From NCBI GenBank assembly GCA_963822965.1, contig CAWGJT010000005.1, forward strand, positions 1,664,001 to 1,728,000: a DNA stretch of 64,000 bases, written 5' to 3'. Source of the stretch: an uncultured delta proteobacterium. Lineage in GTDB: Bacteria > Myxococcota_A > UBA9160 > UBA4427. Below the pieces are notes generated by a model, which was not told the DNA's origin, searched no databases, and saw only the letters and a program-made list of their open reading frames with translations. This document shows positions 24,974 to 38,691 of the stretch, piece by piece. The stretch's first letter is position 1. Each line of letters begins with the position of its first letter. Made by a program: the position numbers and the translations under genes.

Positions 24974-25976
24974 CTACTCGAGCCAGGCCGGCGAGGGCAG
25001 GCCCTTGCTCTTCAGGAAGGCCGGGTTGAAGAGCTTCGACTGGTAGCGGGTGCCGTAGTCGCAGAGCACCGTCACCACGGTGTGCCCGGGCCCGAGCTCC
25101 TTCGCGACGCGGATGGCACCCGCCACGTTGATGCCGCTCGAGCCGCCCAGGCACAGCCCCTCTTCCTTCAGCAGGTCGAAGACGATGGGCAGCATCTCCT
25201 CGTCGGGGATCTGGACGGCGTCGTCGATGGGCGCACCGTCGAGGTTGCCGGTGACGCGGCCCTGGCCGATGCCCTCGGTGATGGAGCTGCCCTGGCCCTC
25301 GAGCTTGCCGGTCTTGATCCAGCTGTACATGGCGGCGCCCATCGGGTCGGCGGCCACGATGCGGATGTCCGGGCTGCGCTCCTTCAGGAACATCCCCACG
25401 CCCGCCAGGGTGCCGCCGGTGCCGATCGCGCACGTGAAGGCGTCGACCTTGCCGTCGGTCTGCTCCCAGATCTCGGGGCCCGTCGAGCGCACGTGCCCGT
25501 TGCGGTTCGACACGTTGTCCCACTGGTTCGCGTAGAGAACGCCGTGGGGCTCGGTCTTCGCCAGCTCCTCGGCGATGCGCTCGGCCTGGTGGACGTAGTG
25601 GTTCGGGTCCTTGAAGGGCACGGCGGGCACGCAGCGCAGGTCGACGCCGCACAGCCGCAGCATGTCCTTCTTCTCCTGGCTCTGGGTCTCGGGCATCGAG
25701 ATCACGGTGCGGTAGCCCCGGGCGTTGCCCACCAGCGCGAGGCCGATGCCCGTGTTGCCGGCCGTCCCCTCGACGATCACGCCGCCGGGCTCGAGCCGCC
25801 CGTCGCCCTCGGCGTCGAGCACCATGTAGAGGGCCGCCCGGTCCTTCACCGATCCGCCGGGATTCAGGAACTCGGCCTTGCCCGTAGATCTCGCAGCCGG
25901 TCTCCTCGGAGGCCCTGCGAAGCTTGATGAGCGGCGTGTTGCCGACCGTCTCGGTGAACCCGTCGCGTACGTTCAC
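24974..25976 (-). CDS. cysK: Cysteine synthase (PLP-dependent); frameshift near 25880
   Basis: VGNTPLIKL, KAEFLNPGGSVKDRAA, EGTAGNTGIGL, GTGGT, TEGIG, GGSSG. Confidence 0.9.
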
Positions 25977-26181
25977 GGCACGATTCCCTCTCGTCAGGCT
26001 GTGTTTCGGGGCGGTCAAGTCTAGGGCCCGAGAGGCTCGACCGCCGCCTTCGAGCGGGGCGCCGGGCCGCCGCGCCCGGGCCGCCCGGGGTTGCGACCTC
26101 GTGGGAGCCGACGACGACAGATCGGGGATGGTACCGTGGAAACCGACACCACCACCCCGATCCCCCGAGCGAGGACCCGCG

Positions 26182-26640
26182 ATGAAGCCGATCCACGTCC
26201 CCGGCCACTGCGGCTGCGGCCGCGTCCGGTTCGTGCTCCGCGAAGAGCCGATCTCGTTCTATCTGTGCCACTGCACCCGGTGCCAGGCCGACTCGGGCTC
26301 GGCCTTCGGCCAGACCATGCACGTGCGGCGCGAAGCGATCGACAGCGTGGAGGGACCGACACGGGACCACGTCATGGAGCGCCCCGACGGTGGGCAGAGC
26401 GTCGCCACCCACTGCGCGAACTGCCTGACGGTCCTGTGGGCCGGCCGTCCCGAGGTTCCGCAGGTGGTGGGCCTGAACGCGGGGGCCCTCGAGGACGCCG
26501 CGGGGCTGACCCCGTACGGAAACATGTGGACCCGCAGCGCCCGTCCCTGGGTCGCGTTCGCGCCCGGTCCCCGCTACGAGCGGCAGCCGGAGGACCCCCT
26601 GGCGATGATCCACCACTGGCAGGAGCGCGATACGGGCTAG
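26182..26640 (+). CDS. GFA (glutathione-dependent formaldehyde-activating) family Zn protein
   Basis: GHCGCG...CHCTRCQ...HCANC pattern. Confidence 0.88.
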   Translation: MKPIHVPGHCGCGRVRFVLREEPISFYLCHCTRCQADSGSAFGQTMHVRREAIDSVEGPTRDHVMERPDGGQSVATHCANCLTVLWAGRPEVPQVVGLNAGALEDAAGLTPYGNMWTRSARPWVAFAPGPRYERQPEDPLAMIHHWQERDTG

Positions 26641-26671
26641 GGGGCACGAAAGCCTCCGAGGCCTGGAACGC

Positions 26672-27283
26672 TCAGGCCCGAGGCGCGAGGGCCCGCTGGA
26701 CGAGCGCCAGGCTCTCGGCGGACAGCGGCAGCTCCCCCGCCTTCGCGAGCGCCTCGTCGCTCATCTTGGCGGCGGTCTTGCGAATCACGTCGACGAGCTT
26801 GTCGTCGTCGCCCATGCTGGCGCGCAGCTCTTCGAGCTGGGTCTCGAGGAAGACCAGGCAGAGGGCGTCCTCGAAGGCCTGCACCTCGGGGTCGACGCCG
26901 AGACCCTGCTTGCGGACGATGGCCTGGACGCGGACGATGGTGTCCTCTTCGTAGCCCTGCCCGCCGAGGATGCGGCCGACGTGGGCGGCGTGTCGCTTCT
27001 GCAGCTCGCGGCGCCAGCGGTGGTAGCCGGGCTTGCCCTGCGGATAGTCGGCGCGGGGGATCTCCCAGCGGCGCACGTGGTGGGCGCGGGCCGCGAGCTG
27101 CAGGGCCTCGCTGGGGTTCGGGACGAGGGCGTGGATCCACCGGCTCGCGAGCTCGGCGTGGGCCAGCTCCTTGGGGCGCGACTCGCCGCGCACCACGATG
27201 CGGTTCGGGTCGCCCTGGTTGGCGGCGTCGATGGCCGCGATCGCGGCCTGCAGGCGCGTCGAGCCCGACCCGGCCGAGGCCAT
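26672..27283 (-). CDS. DUF4202-like (HD-related) protein
   Basis: IDAANQGDP, LQLAARAHHVRRWEIPRADYP, VQAFEDALCLVFL. Confidence 0.8.
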   Translation of the reverse strand: MASAGSGSTRLQAAIAAIDAANQGDPNRIVVRGESRPKELAHAELASRWIHALVPNPSEALQLAARAHHVRRWEIPRADYPQGKPGYHRWRRELQKRHAAHVGRILGGQGYEEDTIVRVQAIVRKQGLGVDPEVQAFEDALCLVFLETQLEELRASMGDDDKLVDVIRKTAAKMSDEALAKAGELPLSAESLALVQRALAPRA

Positions 27284-27292
27284 GCCGCCTTC

Positions 27293-28251
27293 CTAGTAGT
27301 CGGTCAGGCTGTCGTCGATGCGCTGGATCCAGGCGCGGATACCGCCCTGGAGATTCCAGGCGTTCGCGAAGCCCGCGCCGCGCAGAGCGCGCACGGCCAT
27401 GGCGCTGCGGCCGCCCAGGTGACAGTGGACGACGATGTGCGCGTCCCGGTCGAGCTCGTGCATACGCTCGCCGAGCTGGCCGAGGGGGATGAGCTGCCCG
27501 CCGATCTGGCAGATCTCGTACTCGTGCTCCTCGCGCACGTCGAGCAGCACGTGGTCGACGCCCTGGTCGCGCAGGTGCTTCAGCTGGTCGACGGAGATGT
27601 CCCAGTCGCTCTGGCCGGGCACCGCGGGCGGGGCCGGCTCCGCGACCTTGCCGGCCGCGGCCTCGCCGGCGAGCCGTGCGAGCAGGGTCGCGACGTCCGC
27701 GGCCGCCAGCGCCCTCGCCTCGAAGGTGAGGGGCTTTCGGGGGTCGTCGGTCGCCACCCCGGGTGAGCTTCGCGTTCTCGAAGAGGCGCCCCACCGCCCA
27801 CTCGATATCGGCCTCGACCGTTCGGCGGCCGCCGTCGTCGTTGGGCGCGAAGAGCCGGTCGAGGATCTGGATCTCGACCGCCTTCGTCGAGAAGCGGAGC
27901 TTCGCCGAGCCGTCGGCCTCGATGGCCTGGATGGCCCGCAGCGCCTTCTGCAGGGCGTCGAGCAGCAGCTCTTCCAGCGGCAGGTCGCCGCCCGCGCTTG
28001 CGCACCGTCAGCAGGCCCGTGCGGCCGCCCACCGCGTCGATCCCGTAGTCCACCTCGTGACCCACCAGCACCACCCCCGGCCCGTTCGGCACGTGGATGT
28101 AGTTGGCCACGTCGATCAGCAGCCCCGGCACCGTGGCCTGCTGGATGAAGCGGTGGAAGAGCGGGATGAAGGGCTCGAGGGCCACCGGGGCCCCGGGCTC
28201 GTCGGTGAAGAACTTGACGGCGATTCGCTTCGGATTCATGGAGGAGCTCAT
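27293..28251 (-). CDS. Conserved hypothetical domain fused to C-terminal rhodanese; frameshifts near 28000 and 27760
   Basis: N-term FIPLFHRFIQ...LIDVANYIHVPNGPGVVLVGHE; C-term LLDVRE...VVHCHLGGRS...NLQGGIRAW. Confidence 0.7.
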
Positions 28252-28267
28252 GCGCTGGGCTGCTCGG

Positions 28268-30559
<2,292 letters not shown>

Positions 30560-30920
30560 CTGGCGTCGGCTCCCGCGCCTGGCCCGGTGGCGAGAGGCGC
30601 CCGCCGGGGGGTGTGGCGTACTGGCGTTCGATGCTGTCTCTGGGTCGAGGTCTCGGACGCTCGTCGCGTCCGGCCGCCACGCGACGACGGCCGGGCGATG
30701 ACGCCGGAAGTCGCCGAGACAGCGTTCGATTTGACCCTGGCTCTCGGCCCCCACCTTACCGGAACCGGGCCGCCCTCGTCAGGGCTTTCCCCGTGGGGCC
30801 GGTGCATATGGGGACATTCCCGGGGCCGGACCGGACGCCCGGGTGCGGACCGGCCGGTACCCTCCGGAGCACCCGAGCCGCCCACCCGCAGCCGCGCCGC
30901 CGGCGATCGAGGAGACCCCC

Positions 30921-31879
30921 GTGAAGGCAGCCGTCTACTACGAGACCGGAGGGCCCGAGGTCTTCCGCTACGAAGACGTTCCGGACCCGGTGTGCCAGCC
31001 CCAGGGTGTGGTCATCCGGGTGGAGGCCGTGAGCATCGAGGGCGGCGACGTGCTGAACCGCGCGGGCGGCGTGATGGCATCGACACCGCACTGCGTCGGC
31101 TACCAGGCGGCCGGCACCATCGTCGAGGTGGGCGACGAGGTGCGCGAGCGCCAGGTGGGTCAGCGCGTGGTGACGGTCTTCCCGTTCGGATCCCACGCCG
31201 AGCGGCGGCAGGTGGGCTGGCGCCAGAGCTTCGTCGTCCCCGATGGGCTCTCGACCCTCAGGCCGCCACCATCCCCATCCCGTTCGGCACCGCCGACGAG
31301 TGTCTCTTCGAGTACGGGCACCTGCAGCCCGGCCAGACGGTGCTCGTCCAGGCGGGCTCGAGCGGCGTCGGCCTCGCGGCCATCCAGCTCGCGAAGCGCG
31401 CCGGCGCCACGGTGTTCACCACGGCCTCGTCGGCCGAGAAGCTCGACCGCCTGGAGCAGCTGGGCGCCGATCACGGCATCGACTACGTGAAGCAGGACTT
31501 CGTGCAGGAGATCCGCAAGGCGACGGACGGCCGCGGCGTGGACCTCATCGTGGATGGCGTGGGCGGGGACGTCACCCAGCGCGGCTTCTCGCTGTGCGCC
31601 TACAAGGGTCGCGTGATGATGTACGGCACCGTAGCCCGGGACTTCGCGCGCTACGACCTGTCGGAGATGCGCATGAACCGCACCATCACCGGCGTCTCCC
31701 TCACGCCGGAGTTCGGCACGGACCGGGTGGTGGCGATGATCGAGGGGCACATCCGCGACGTCGCCCGCGGCGAGCTGCAGGCCATCGTCGACCGCAGCTT
31801 TCCGCTCAGCGACGCGGCGGCCGCGCACGCCTACATCGAGAGCCGCAAGGCGTTCGGCCGGGTGCTGCTCATCCCCTGA
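30921..31879 (+). CDS. MDR-family NADPH:quinone oxidoreductase; frameshift near 31255
   Basis: GGPEVFRYEDVPDP, LVQAGSSGVGLAAIQLAK, GRGVDLIVDGVG, AAAHAYIESRKAFGRVLL. Confidence 0.88.
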
Positions 31880-31960
31880 CACGGTCCGCGAAGGACCGCC
31901 CCCCGGAAGCAACGCACCCGGCCAGGCTCGATGGCCCGCCGAAGTCGCAGACTGCGGCCG

Positions 31961-32594
31961 TCAGACCAACGAGCTCCGGGTGCCGTGGAGGCCCGCGAAG
32001 ACGAGCTCGGCGAGCGGCTTGCGGGTGCGGGGGCTCTCGTCGCGCTGGCGGTAGGGCTCCGGGGCCTCGGCGGGCGGCGGCCGCGTAGCCGATGGCGAGG
32101 CCCGTGAGCGCCTGGCTGTGGTCGGGGATGGCGAACAGCTCGCGCGCCCGCTCCGGGTCGATGCCAATCATCTGGTGCACCGACAGGCCCCGCGCCGTGG
32201 CCTCGAAGGTGAGATAGGCGCTGGCGGCGCCCAGGTCGTGCAGGGCGGCGGCGTTCGGCTTGTCGTTGCGCACGAAGCGGGTGCGGGCGATGCCGATCGC
32301 CAGCACCGGCGCCGCCTTGGCCCAGGCCTGGTTGGCCTCCACCAGGCACGAGAGCACCCGCGCGTACCCGGCCTCGTCGTCCTGCCGGGCCACCACGTAG
32401 GACCAGGGCTGCTCGTTGTACGAGGAGGGCGCCCAGCGGGCGGCCTCGAAGATCGAGCGCAGGTCGTCCTCGCTGACGGGCCGGCTCGCGAACGCGTAGG
32501 GGCTGTAGCGGCCGACGAGAAGCTCCTGGATGGGGTGGTCGGTGACGGCGAGCTTGCTGGCGCTGGACATCTTGCTGGACCTCTTGTTGGACAT
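31961..32594 (-). CDS. Nitroreductase family protein; frameshift near 32075
   Basis: RYSPYAF, EAARWAPSSYNEQPW, HDLGAA, GLSVHQMIG, RTRKPLAE; AGGAG RBS. Confidence 0.9.
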
Positions 32595-32778
32595 CGGGGG
32601 GTCTCCTGGGTGACGGGGCCGGCGGGGGCGGCCCTCCAGGGGATAGCCGACGCCGCGCCCGGCGCGCGCCGGGACGCGCCTGCCCCAGACCCAACTCCCC
32701 GGAAAATCGAGGAATGCCGGGACGACGGCGCGCCGCCGTACGGGCCGCGGCGCGCCGGCTGTGCTTCCCTGTCGAGCC

Positions 32779-34069
32779 ATGCTGGACCCCCGTTCCCTCG
32801 AGAATCGCCGCGACGAGATCGTCGAGAGCTGCCGCAAGCGGCGGGTGGACGCCGACGTGGACGGCGCCATCGCCGCCCACGAAGCGGTCACGCCGGCTCA
32901 CCACCGCAGCTCAACAACCTGAACCGCCACGCGCAACGAGCACCAGAAGGCCGGCAAGGGGAAGCTCGACGCCGCCGCGCGCGAGGCGCACGTCGCCGAG
33001 GGACGCCGCCTGAAGGAAGAGGTGGCGGCCCTCGAGGAGCAGCTGCGCGCGGCCGCGCCGAGACCCTGGACGAGAAGATCGACCCGCTGCCCAACTTCAT
33101 CCACCCGGACGTGCCCGAGGGCGGCGAAGAGGACTTCGCGGTGCTCGCGACCTGGGGCGAGATCCCGCGCTTCGACTTCGAGCCCCGGGACCACCTGGCC
33201 CTCGGCGAGCGCTCTCGACCTGCTGGACTTCGAGAGCGCCGCCGCGGTGGCGGGGCAGAAGTGGTACTACCTGAAGAACGAGGCGGTGCTGCTGGAGCTG
33301 GCGCTGCAGCGCTTCGCGCTCGACCGGGTGATGGCGGCGGGGCTTCGTCCCGTACACCACGCCCGACGTGGCGCGCACCGAGGTCGTCGCACGCCATGGG
33401 CTTCAACCCGCGCGGCGCCGAGACGAAGATCTACTCCCTCGACCAGGACGACCTGTGCCTGGTGGGCACCGCGGAGATCACCCTCGGCGGGCTGCTCCTC
33501 GACCGCATCGTGGAAGAGGAGGAGCTTCCGCTGCGGGTCGCCGGCATCTCCCACTGCTTCCGGGTGGAGGCGGGCGCCTACGGGCGCGAGAGCCGCGGCC
33601 TCTACCGCGTGCACCAGTTCACCAAGGTGGAGATGTTCGTCTTCTGCACCCCCGAGCAGAGCGACGACCTGCACCGCGAGCTGCTGGCGGTCGAGGAGGG
33701 GATCTTCCGCGACCTCGAGATCCCCTACCGGGTGATCGACGTGGCCAGCGGGGATCTCGGCGCGCCCGCCTACCGTAAGTTCGACATCGAGGCCTGGATG
33801 CCCGGGCGCAGCGAGGGCGGCAGACTACGGCGAGATCACCAGCGCGTCGAACTGCACCGACTACCAGGCGCGCCGGCTGCGGGCGCGCTTCCGGCGCAAG
33901 GGCGCGAAGAAGACCGAGCTCGTCCACACCCTGAACGGCACGGCGATCTCGAACGCGCGCGACCATCCTGATGCTGCTCGAGAACCACCAGCAGGCCGAC
34001 GGCAGCGTCCGCATCCCGAAGGCGCTCGCGCCCTACGTGGGACGGGACGTGATCGCGCCGCGCGCCTGA
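32779..34069 (+). CDS. serS: Seryl-tRNA synthetase; several frameshifts
   Basis: MLDPR..., [76 protein letters not shown]. Confidence 0.95.
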
Positions 34070-34079
34070 GATCGCCACC

Positions 34080-36056
34080 GTGGCGGTCGACGGGCTCGAG
34101 GGATTCGACGGCGGACGGCGCGGGCGCGCCGCGCCCCCGGCCTGGTGCTCGGCACCGCCGGCCACATCGACCACGGCAAGTCGGCGCTCGTGCTGGCGCT
34201 GACGGGCGTCGACCCCGACCGCCTTCCCGAGGAGAAGGCGCGCGGCATCACCATCGACCTGGGCTTCGCGGCGCTCGACCTGGGCGACGGCCTGCGCGTC
34301 GTCCGTGGTGGACGTGCCCGGCCACGAGCGGCTGGTGCGCACGATGGTGGCCGGCGCCACGGGCATCGATCTGCTGCTGCTGGTGGTGGCGGCCGACGAG
34401 GGCGTGATGCCCCAGACCCGCGAGCACGTGGCGATCTGCGACCTGCTGGGCGTCGACCGCGGCGTGGTGGCGCTCACCAAGACCGACCTGGTGGACGACG
34501 AGATGCGCGAGCTCGCCGAGCGAGGACGTGCGCGACCTGCTGGCGGGCACGCGCCTCGCCGGGGCGCCCATCGTTCCGGTCTCGTCCCACACCGGGGCCG
34601 GGCCTCGACGACCTGCGGGCGGCGCTTCGCGCGCTGGTCGCGGAGGCGCCGCCGCGCACCGCGCGCACGGGCCCGCCGCGGCTGTCCGTCGATCGGGTCT
34701 TCGCCATGCGGGGCTTCGGGACGATCGTGACGGGTACCCTCACCGGCGCCGCCCTGCAGGTGGGCGACGCCGTGGAGATCCAGCCGTCCGGGCGCAGCGG
34801 ACGCATCCGCGGCCTGCAGGTGCACGGCGCGGCGTGCGAGCGAGCCGAGCCCGGGGCGCGCTGCGCGATCAACCTGCAGGGGCTCGAGGTGGCGGACCTC
34901 GCCCGGGGCGACGTGGTCACGAGCCCGGACGCCCTCGCACCCACCACGTCCGCCGACGTGCGGCTCCGCTGGCTGCCTTCGGCGCCGCCGCGGCGAGGGC
35001 AGCGTCTCGATCGAGCTGCTGTCGGGCACCGCGGAGCGACGCGCGCACCTGGCTCCCATCGGCGCCCGGGCCTTCGTGCCCGGCGAGACGACCTTCGCGC
35101 GGCTGCACGTGGACGACGGGCCGGTGCCGCTGCTGCCGGGAGACCGCTTCATCGCCCGGGGCTTCGCGCGCAGCCAGGGCACCGGGGCCACCGTCGGCGG
35201 CGGCGTCGTGCTGGACGTGGCGCCGCCCCGCCGCCGGCGCAGCGACCCGGACCTGGTGCGCGAGCTCGAGGCCCTGGCGCGGCGCGACCGCCCCACCGAC
35301 CTGCGCGAGCGCGTCCGCCGCGCCGGCTTCGCGGGCGTCGGATCGGCGAGCCTGCGGCGCGAGACCGGCACGGCCGAAGCAGAGCTCGAGGCCACCCTCG
35401 CACCGCTGGTGGAATCCGGCGAGGTGCTGCGGGCCGGCACGCGCACCTGGATCGACGCCGCCGCCGCCGCGCGCCTGCAGCAGCGACTGCTCGCGGCGCT
35501 GGACGCCTTCCACGCCGCCGAGCCCCTGCGGCCGGGCATGCCCCGCGCGTCCCTGCGCGGGCAGCTGCCGGACAACGTCCCGAACGAGGTGGGCGAGCTC
35601 GTCCTCACCCGCCTGGCACAGGCCGGTGACATCGAGGCGGAGGGCGACCTCGTCCGCCGTGCCGGCCACGCGCCGGCCATCGACGCCGAAGCGCAGGCCC
35701 TGCTGGGTCGCATCCGCGAGGAAGCGCGCGCGGCCGCCCTCGATCCGCCCTCCCCGCGCGACTGGGCCGAGCGTCTGGGCATCTCCGCCGATCGCTTCCG
35801 CGATCTGGTCGCGCACCTCGAGCGCCAGGGCGAGCTCGTCCGCGCCCCGGGCGACCTGTGGTTCGAGCGAGCCGCGGTGGACGAGCTGCGCGAGAAGGTG
35901 ATCGCCCACCTGCGCGCCCACGGCGAGATCGACCCCGCCGCCTACAAGACGCTCACCGGCACCACCCGGCGCACCACCGTGCCGCTGATGGAGCTGCTCG
36001 ACGAGCTGCACGTCACCCGGCGGCGCGGCGACGTGCGCGTGCTGCGCGGGAGCTAG
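34080..36056 (+). CDS. selB: Selenocysteine-specific elongation factor; several frameshifts
   Basis: [56 protein letters not shown]-terminal winged helices ending [13 protein letters not shown]...RRGDVR. Confidence 0.93.
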
Positions 36057-36190
36057 CCCGAGACACCTCGCGCCGCACCGACGCCGATGCTTCGCCGCTG
36101 GCTGCGTTGCGCTGCGCCGCCGTAGGCCGCGCTACGGCCTCCTCACGCGCCTTGCCAGTGGCGCGCCTCGACGCCAGGGCGTTCCACGGG
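36057..36190. repeat. Degenerate MITE-like element related to 14708-14866, inverted orientation
   Basis: Reverse complement carries GCAAGGCGCG...GAGGCCGTAGCGCGGCCTACGGCG...GCAACGCAGC, matching the core at ~14761-14813; begins right after the selB TAG. Confidence 0.6.
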
Positions 36191-36241
36191 AGTCCTGGGT
36201 CAGGCTCCTGGTCGGGCGCAGCACGCGGGCCGCAACGGCTG

Positions 36242-36275
36242 ACCGGGAGGCCCGCCCGAAGGCGAGCCTCCCGGT
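36242..36275. repeat. GC-rich hairpin (REP-like or terminator)
   Basis: ACCGGGAGGC-ccgcc-cgaa-ggcga-GCCTCCCGGT. Confidence 0.6.
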
Positions 36276-36399
36276 GCCGTGGGCCGGTACGCCGATGCGG
36301 GGCGCCACCTCCAGCCCGTGAGGTCGAGCACACCGGTGCGTCGTCGGTCACATCGGCATGTCGGGCGGCGGAGGAGCCTCGATGGCGTCAGCGGAGACT

Positions 36400-37783
36400 C
36401 GACCGCTGGATCTCCGGTCCTGGCCTGACTGCCGCAATCACAGAATCTGGCTCCTCCTGGACCGCCGAAACCGGCAACTTCCCTGGATCCACCCTCGGCG
36501 TTCGCGTCACCGGAAGCCGCGCGGTCGGCTCGAGCTGGGTGCTACTTCTAGGAACGATCATCCCGCTGCTGGTCTTCCCGACGGACGCGCACGCCGCGTG
36601 CGGCACGGGCCCGGATCTGATCCTCCACTTCCACCTCGACCACCTGAGTTCGACCGAGGTGATCACGACCGCAGCGGGCGACGTGTTTTCCCAGATCCGG
36701 TACGACGCGTATGGCCGGGTGCGAGGGAGGTATACAGCCGCTGGAGCGCTGGTCGGCCCGAACAAGTTCATGCCGACCGAGTACGCCGGGTACACGACCG
36801 AGGTTGCCACGGGCCTCCAGCACGCGGGAGTGCGAACCTACGACCCGCTCACCGGTCAGTTCTTGCAGCACGATCCCAAAGGCCAATTCATGAGCCCGTA
36901 TGCATTCGGACCGGGAGATCCGATCAACGGACGCGACCCGACGGGGACATTCTGGCTGGGCCTCATCGTGTTTGCGCTGATCGTCGCCAACGCCATCTAC
37001 GCCGGTGTGAAGACGGGAAGCGCCCGCGTCGGCTGGGAGACCTTCGTGGTCGGCGTGGGAATGGCTCTCACCTTCTACGGGCTTGGCTCCGCAGCGCAGG
37101 CGGCGACCGCGGCAGGCTATGCCTGGGCCGGCTACAGCCTCGAAGGTGCGCTGACGGGCTACGGCGCATACACTCTGACCGAGCAGGGCAGAGCCGCGGC
37201 GAACGGCAACGCCATGAGCGCGGTCAACCTCGGCGTCGGCATTGCGCTCTTGGCGGTGGGTGCGGTCCGGGCCTACCAGCTGCGCTCTCAGGTGGTTAGC
37301 GGGACCGCAGCGGCGGATCCGTCCCAGAGTGTCGGCGCCACCGCCGAGACCACGTCGAGCGGCGACTACACGATCACGGATTCGGAGGTTGACGCAGCCC
37401 TCTCTGAGCTGGATGCCAACGCATCGAACCTAGGCTTCGAGGGGCTTCCCGCGTCGCGGGTTTTCGTTTCCGAAGCGCTTACGGGGCCCGAGAACTCCGG
37501 TAGGACCCACGAAATCTTCGGGTTCCGCTTCGTAACTCTGAATCCCAATGCAATAGGGGGCCGCGGCGCACTCGTTCGGACGCTGTTCCACGAGGCGTAT
37601 CACTTCAACTCCCCATCGCTTGGAATATCGAGCCTGCAGCACACTCGCTTGCACGCCTTCAGCCTGAACGTGGGGCAGTTCCAGGGGTCGCTGTCGCTTC
37701 TGAACTTCCCGACAACTGCCAGCGGTCGCCTCGACCTCTCGAGACCAGTTCCGTTCTACATGCCGGACGGGAGCGTGCGATGA
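36400..37783 (+). pseudogene. 5'-truncated Rhs protein: Rhs-associated core, hydrophobic linker and HExxH metallopeptidase-like tip 1; start undefined
   Basis: HFHLDHLSSTEVIT...IRYDAYG...GLQHAGVRTYDPLTGQFLQHDP...PYAFGPGDPINGRDPTG (DPxG at 36935-36946); tip contains RTLFHEAYH; lower GC than flanks. Confidence 0.85.
37321..37331 (+). repeat. Cassette junction motif GTCCCARAGTG, copy 1 (inside the Rhs ORF, encodes S-Q-S)
   Basis: GTCCCAGAGTG; other copies at 38205, 40439, 41338. Confidence 0.8.
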
Positions 37784-38205
37784 GCCCTGCCAATGCGAGT
37801 CGAGTAGCTCGCGCCCTTCTCGTCATTGCCTGCCTGATCGGGAGCGTTGGCTGCGGACCCGAGGCCGAGCGGGAGCACGGGCTTCATGGAAGGCGAGAGG
37901 CACAACTCGGGATCCTTTGTCGGGCTCTTCAGCTGTATGAAGAGGACTATGGGTCCATGCCCTCGTCTCGGCTGGGGCTGCGCGCTCTCGTTGCTCCTCG
38001 CGACGAGCCAGCAGCCCGCGGCGTCGGAACGCCATACGTGAAGGAGAGTATGCTGTACGATCCATGGGGCAAGGAGATAGAATACTCGCCGCCTGTCGAC
38101 GGCAAGCACGCAAGTCTCACATCTCTCGGCGGCGGCAATCGAGGGGAACGATACTCTATCAAGTGCCGCGGCCGCGCCGAGTCCGATTCACCTGCTGTGC
38201 AGTAG
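37780..38205 (+). CDS. Lipoprotein with GspG-like globular domain; candidate immunity protein for tip 1
   Basis: Lipobox-like LIGSVG-C; ALQLYEEDYGSMPSSRLGLRALV...PYVKESMLYDPWGKEIEY...LTSLG; ATGA overlap with tip 1. Confidence 0.7.
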   Translation: MSPANASRVARALLVIACLIGSVGCGPEAEREHGLHGRREAQLGILCRALQLYEEDYGSMPSSRLGLRALVAPRDEPAARGVGTPYVKESMLYDPWGKEIEYSPPVDGKHASLTSLGGGNRGERYSIKCRGRAESDSPAVQ

Positions 38206-38215
38206 TCCCAAAGTG
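38205..38215 (+). repeat. Cassette junction motif, copy 2
   Basis: AGTA-GTCCCAAAGTG-AACTG; 18/20 identical to copy 4 context. Confidence 0.8.
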
Positions 38216-38691
38216 AACTGCCACGGCTTGGCGTAGATGATCTTCAACCGGGAGACGTCCTACTCACAGGTGATGGCGGGTCGGCCCAGTATCTGAGAGG
38301 TACCGGAGAGTACGGTCACGGAGCGACCGTGCTGGAGGCCGGAGACGGCACGGTAAATGTCCTCTCGTCGGACAATCGTGGCATCTACATCAGGGACAAC
38401 GCGGATTCTGCGGTAGGCGGGCGCACCTTCGACGTCTTCCGGACCGAGGGCGTCAGGGCGACCGATCTCCGGGCGTTCGCGCGCGGTGTCGCGAGCGAAG
38501 GCGGGCTTCGGCAGTACTTCGGAAACGGTGGAGGGAACGTCTGCACTTCGGTCGGCGCTCGCGCCCTTGAGGCGGCAGGCGGACCAGCCATCCCTCGACT
38601 CGTTGGTGGGCTGGTTACACCGAATGGGCTCGGCAGGGCGCTCGGGCCACCCATAGGGCGCATCTACGTGCCGCTGAGGACTCAACCATGA
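38206..38691 (+). pseudogene. Orphan tip 2: permuted papain-like (NlpC/P60, YiiX/YaeF-type) peptidase/amidase, no start codon at its 5' end
   Basis: Open from the TAG at 38203-38205: SQSELPRLGVDDLQPGDVLLTG...YGHGATV...NVCTSVGARALEAAG...VTPNGL (His precedes Cys). Confidence 0.7.

Noticed and set aside
30560..30920. SAM or other riboswitch upstream of the sulfite reductase
   Set aside because: No conserved riboswitch core recognisable by eye; an Rfam scan would be needed.
32562..32595. 12-bp imperfect tandem repeat at the nitroreductase start (MSNK-RSSK-MSSA)
   Set aside because: Short in-frame duplication with no evidence of function.
32779..36056. Programmed frameshifting or pseudogenisation of serS/selB
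   Set aside because: Multiple scattered indels without slippery sites, same pattern in unrelated essential genes; best explained as sequencing error.
36057..36350. tRNA-Sec (selC) next to selB as the island integration site
   Set aside because: No cloverleaf, UCA anticodon arm or T-loop recognisable; only MITE-like and hairpin sequence.
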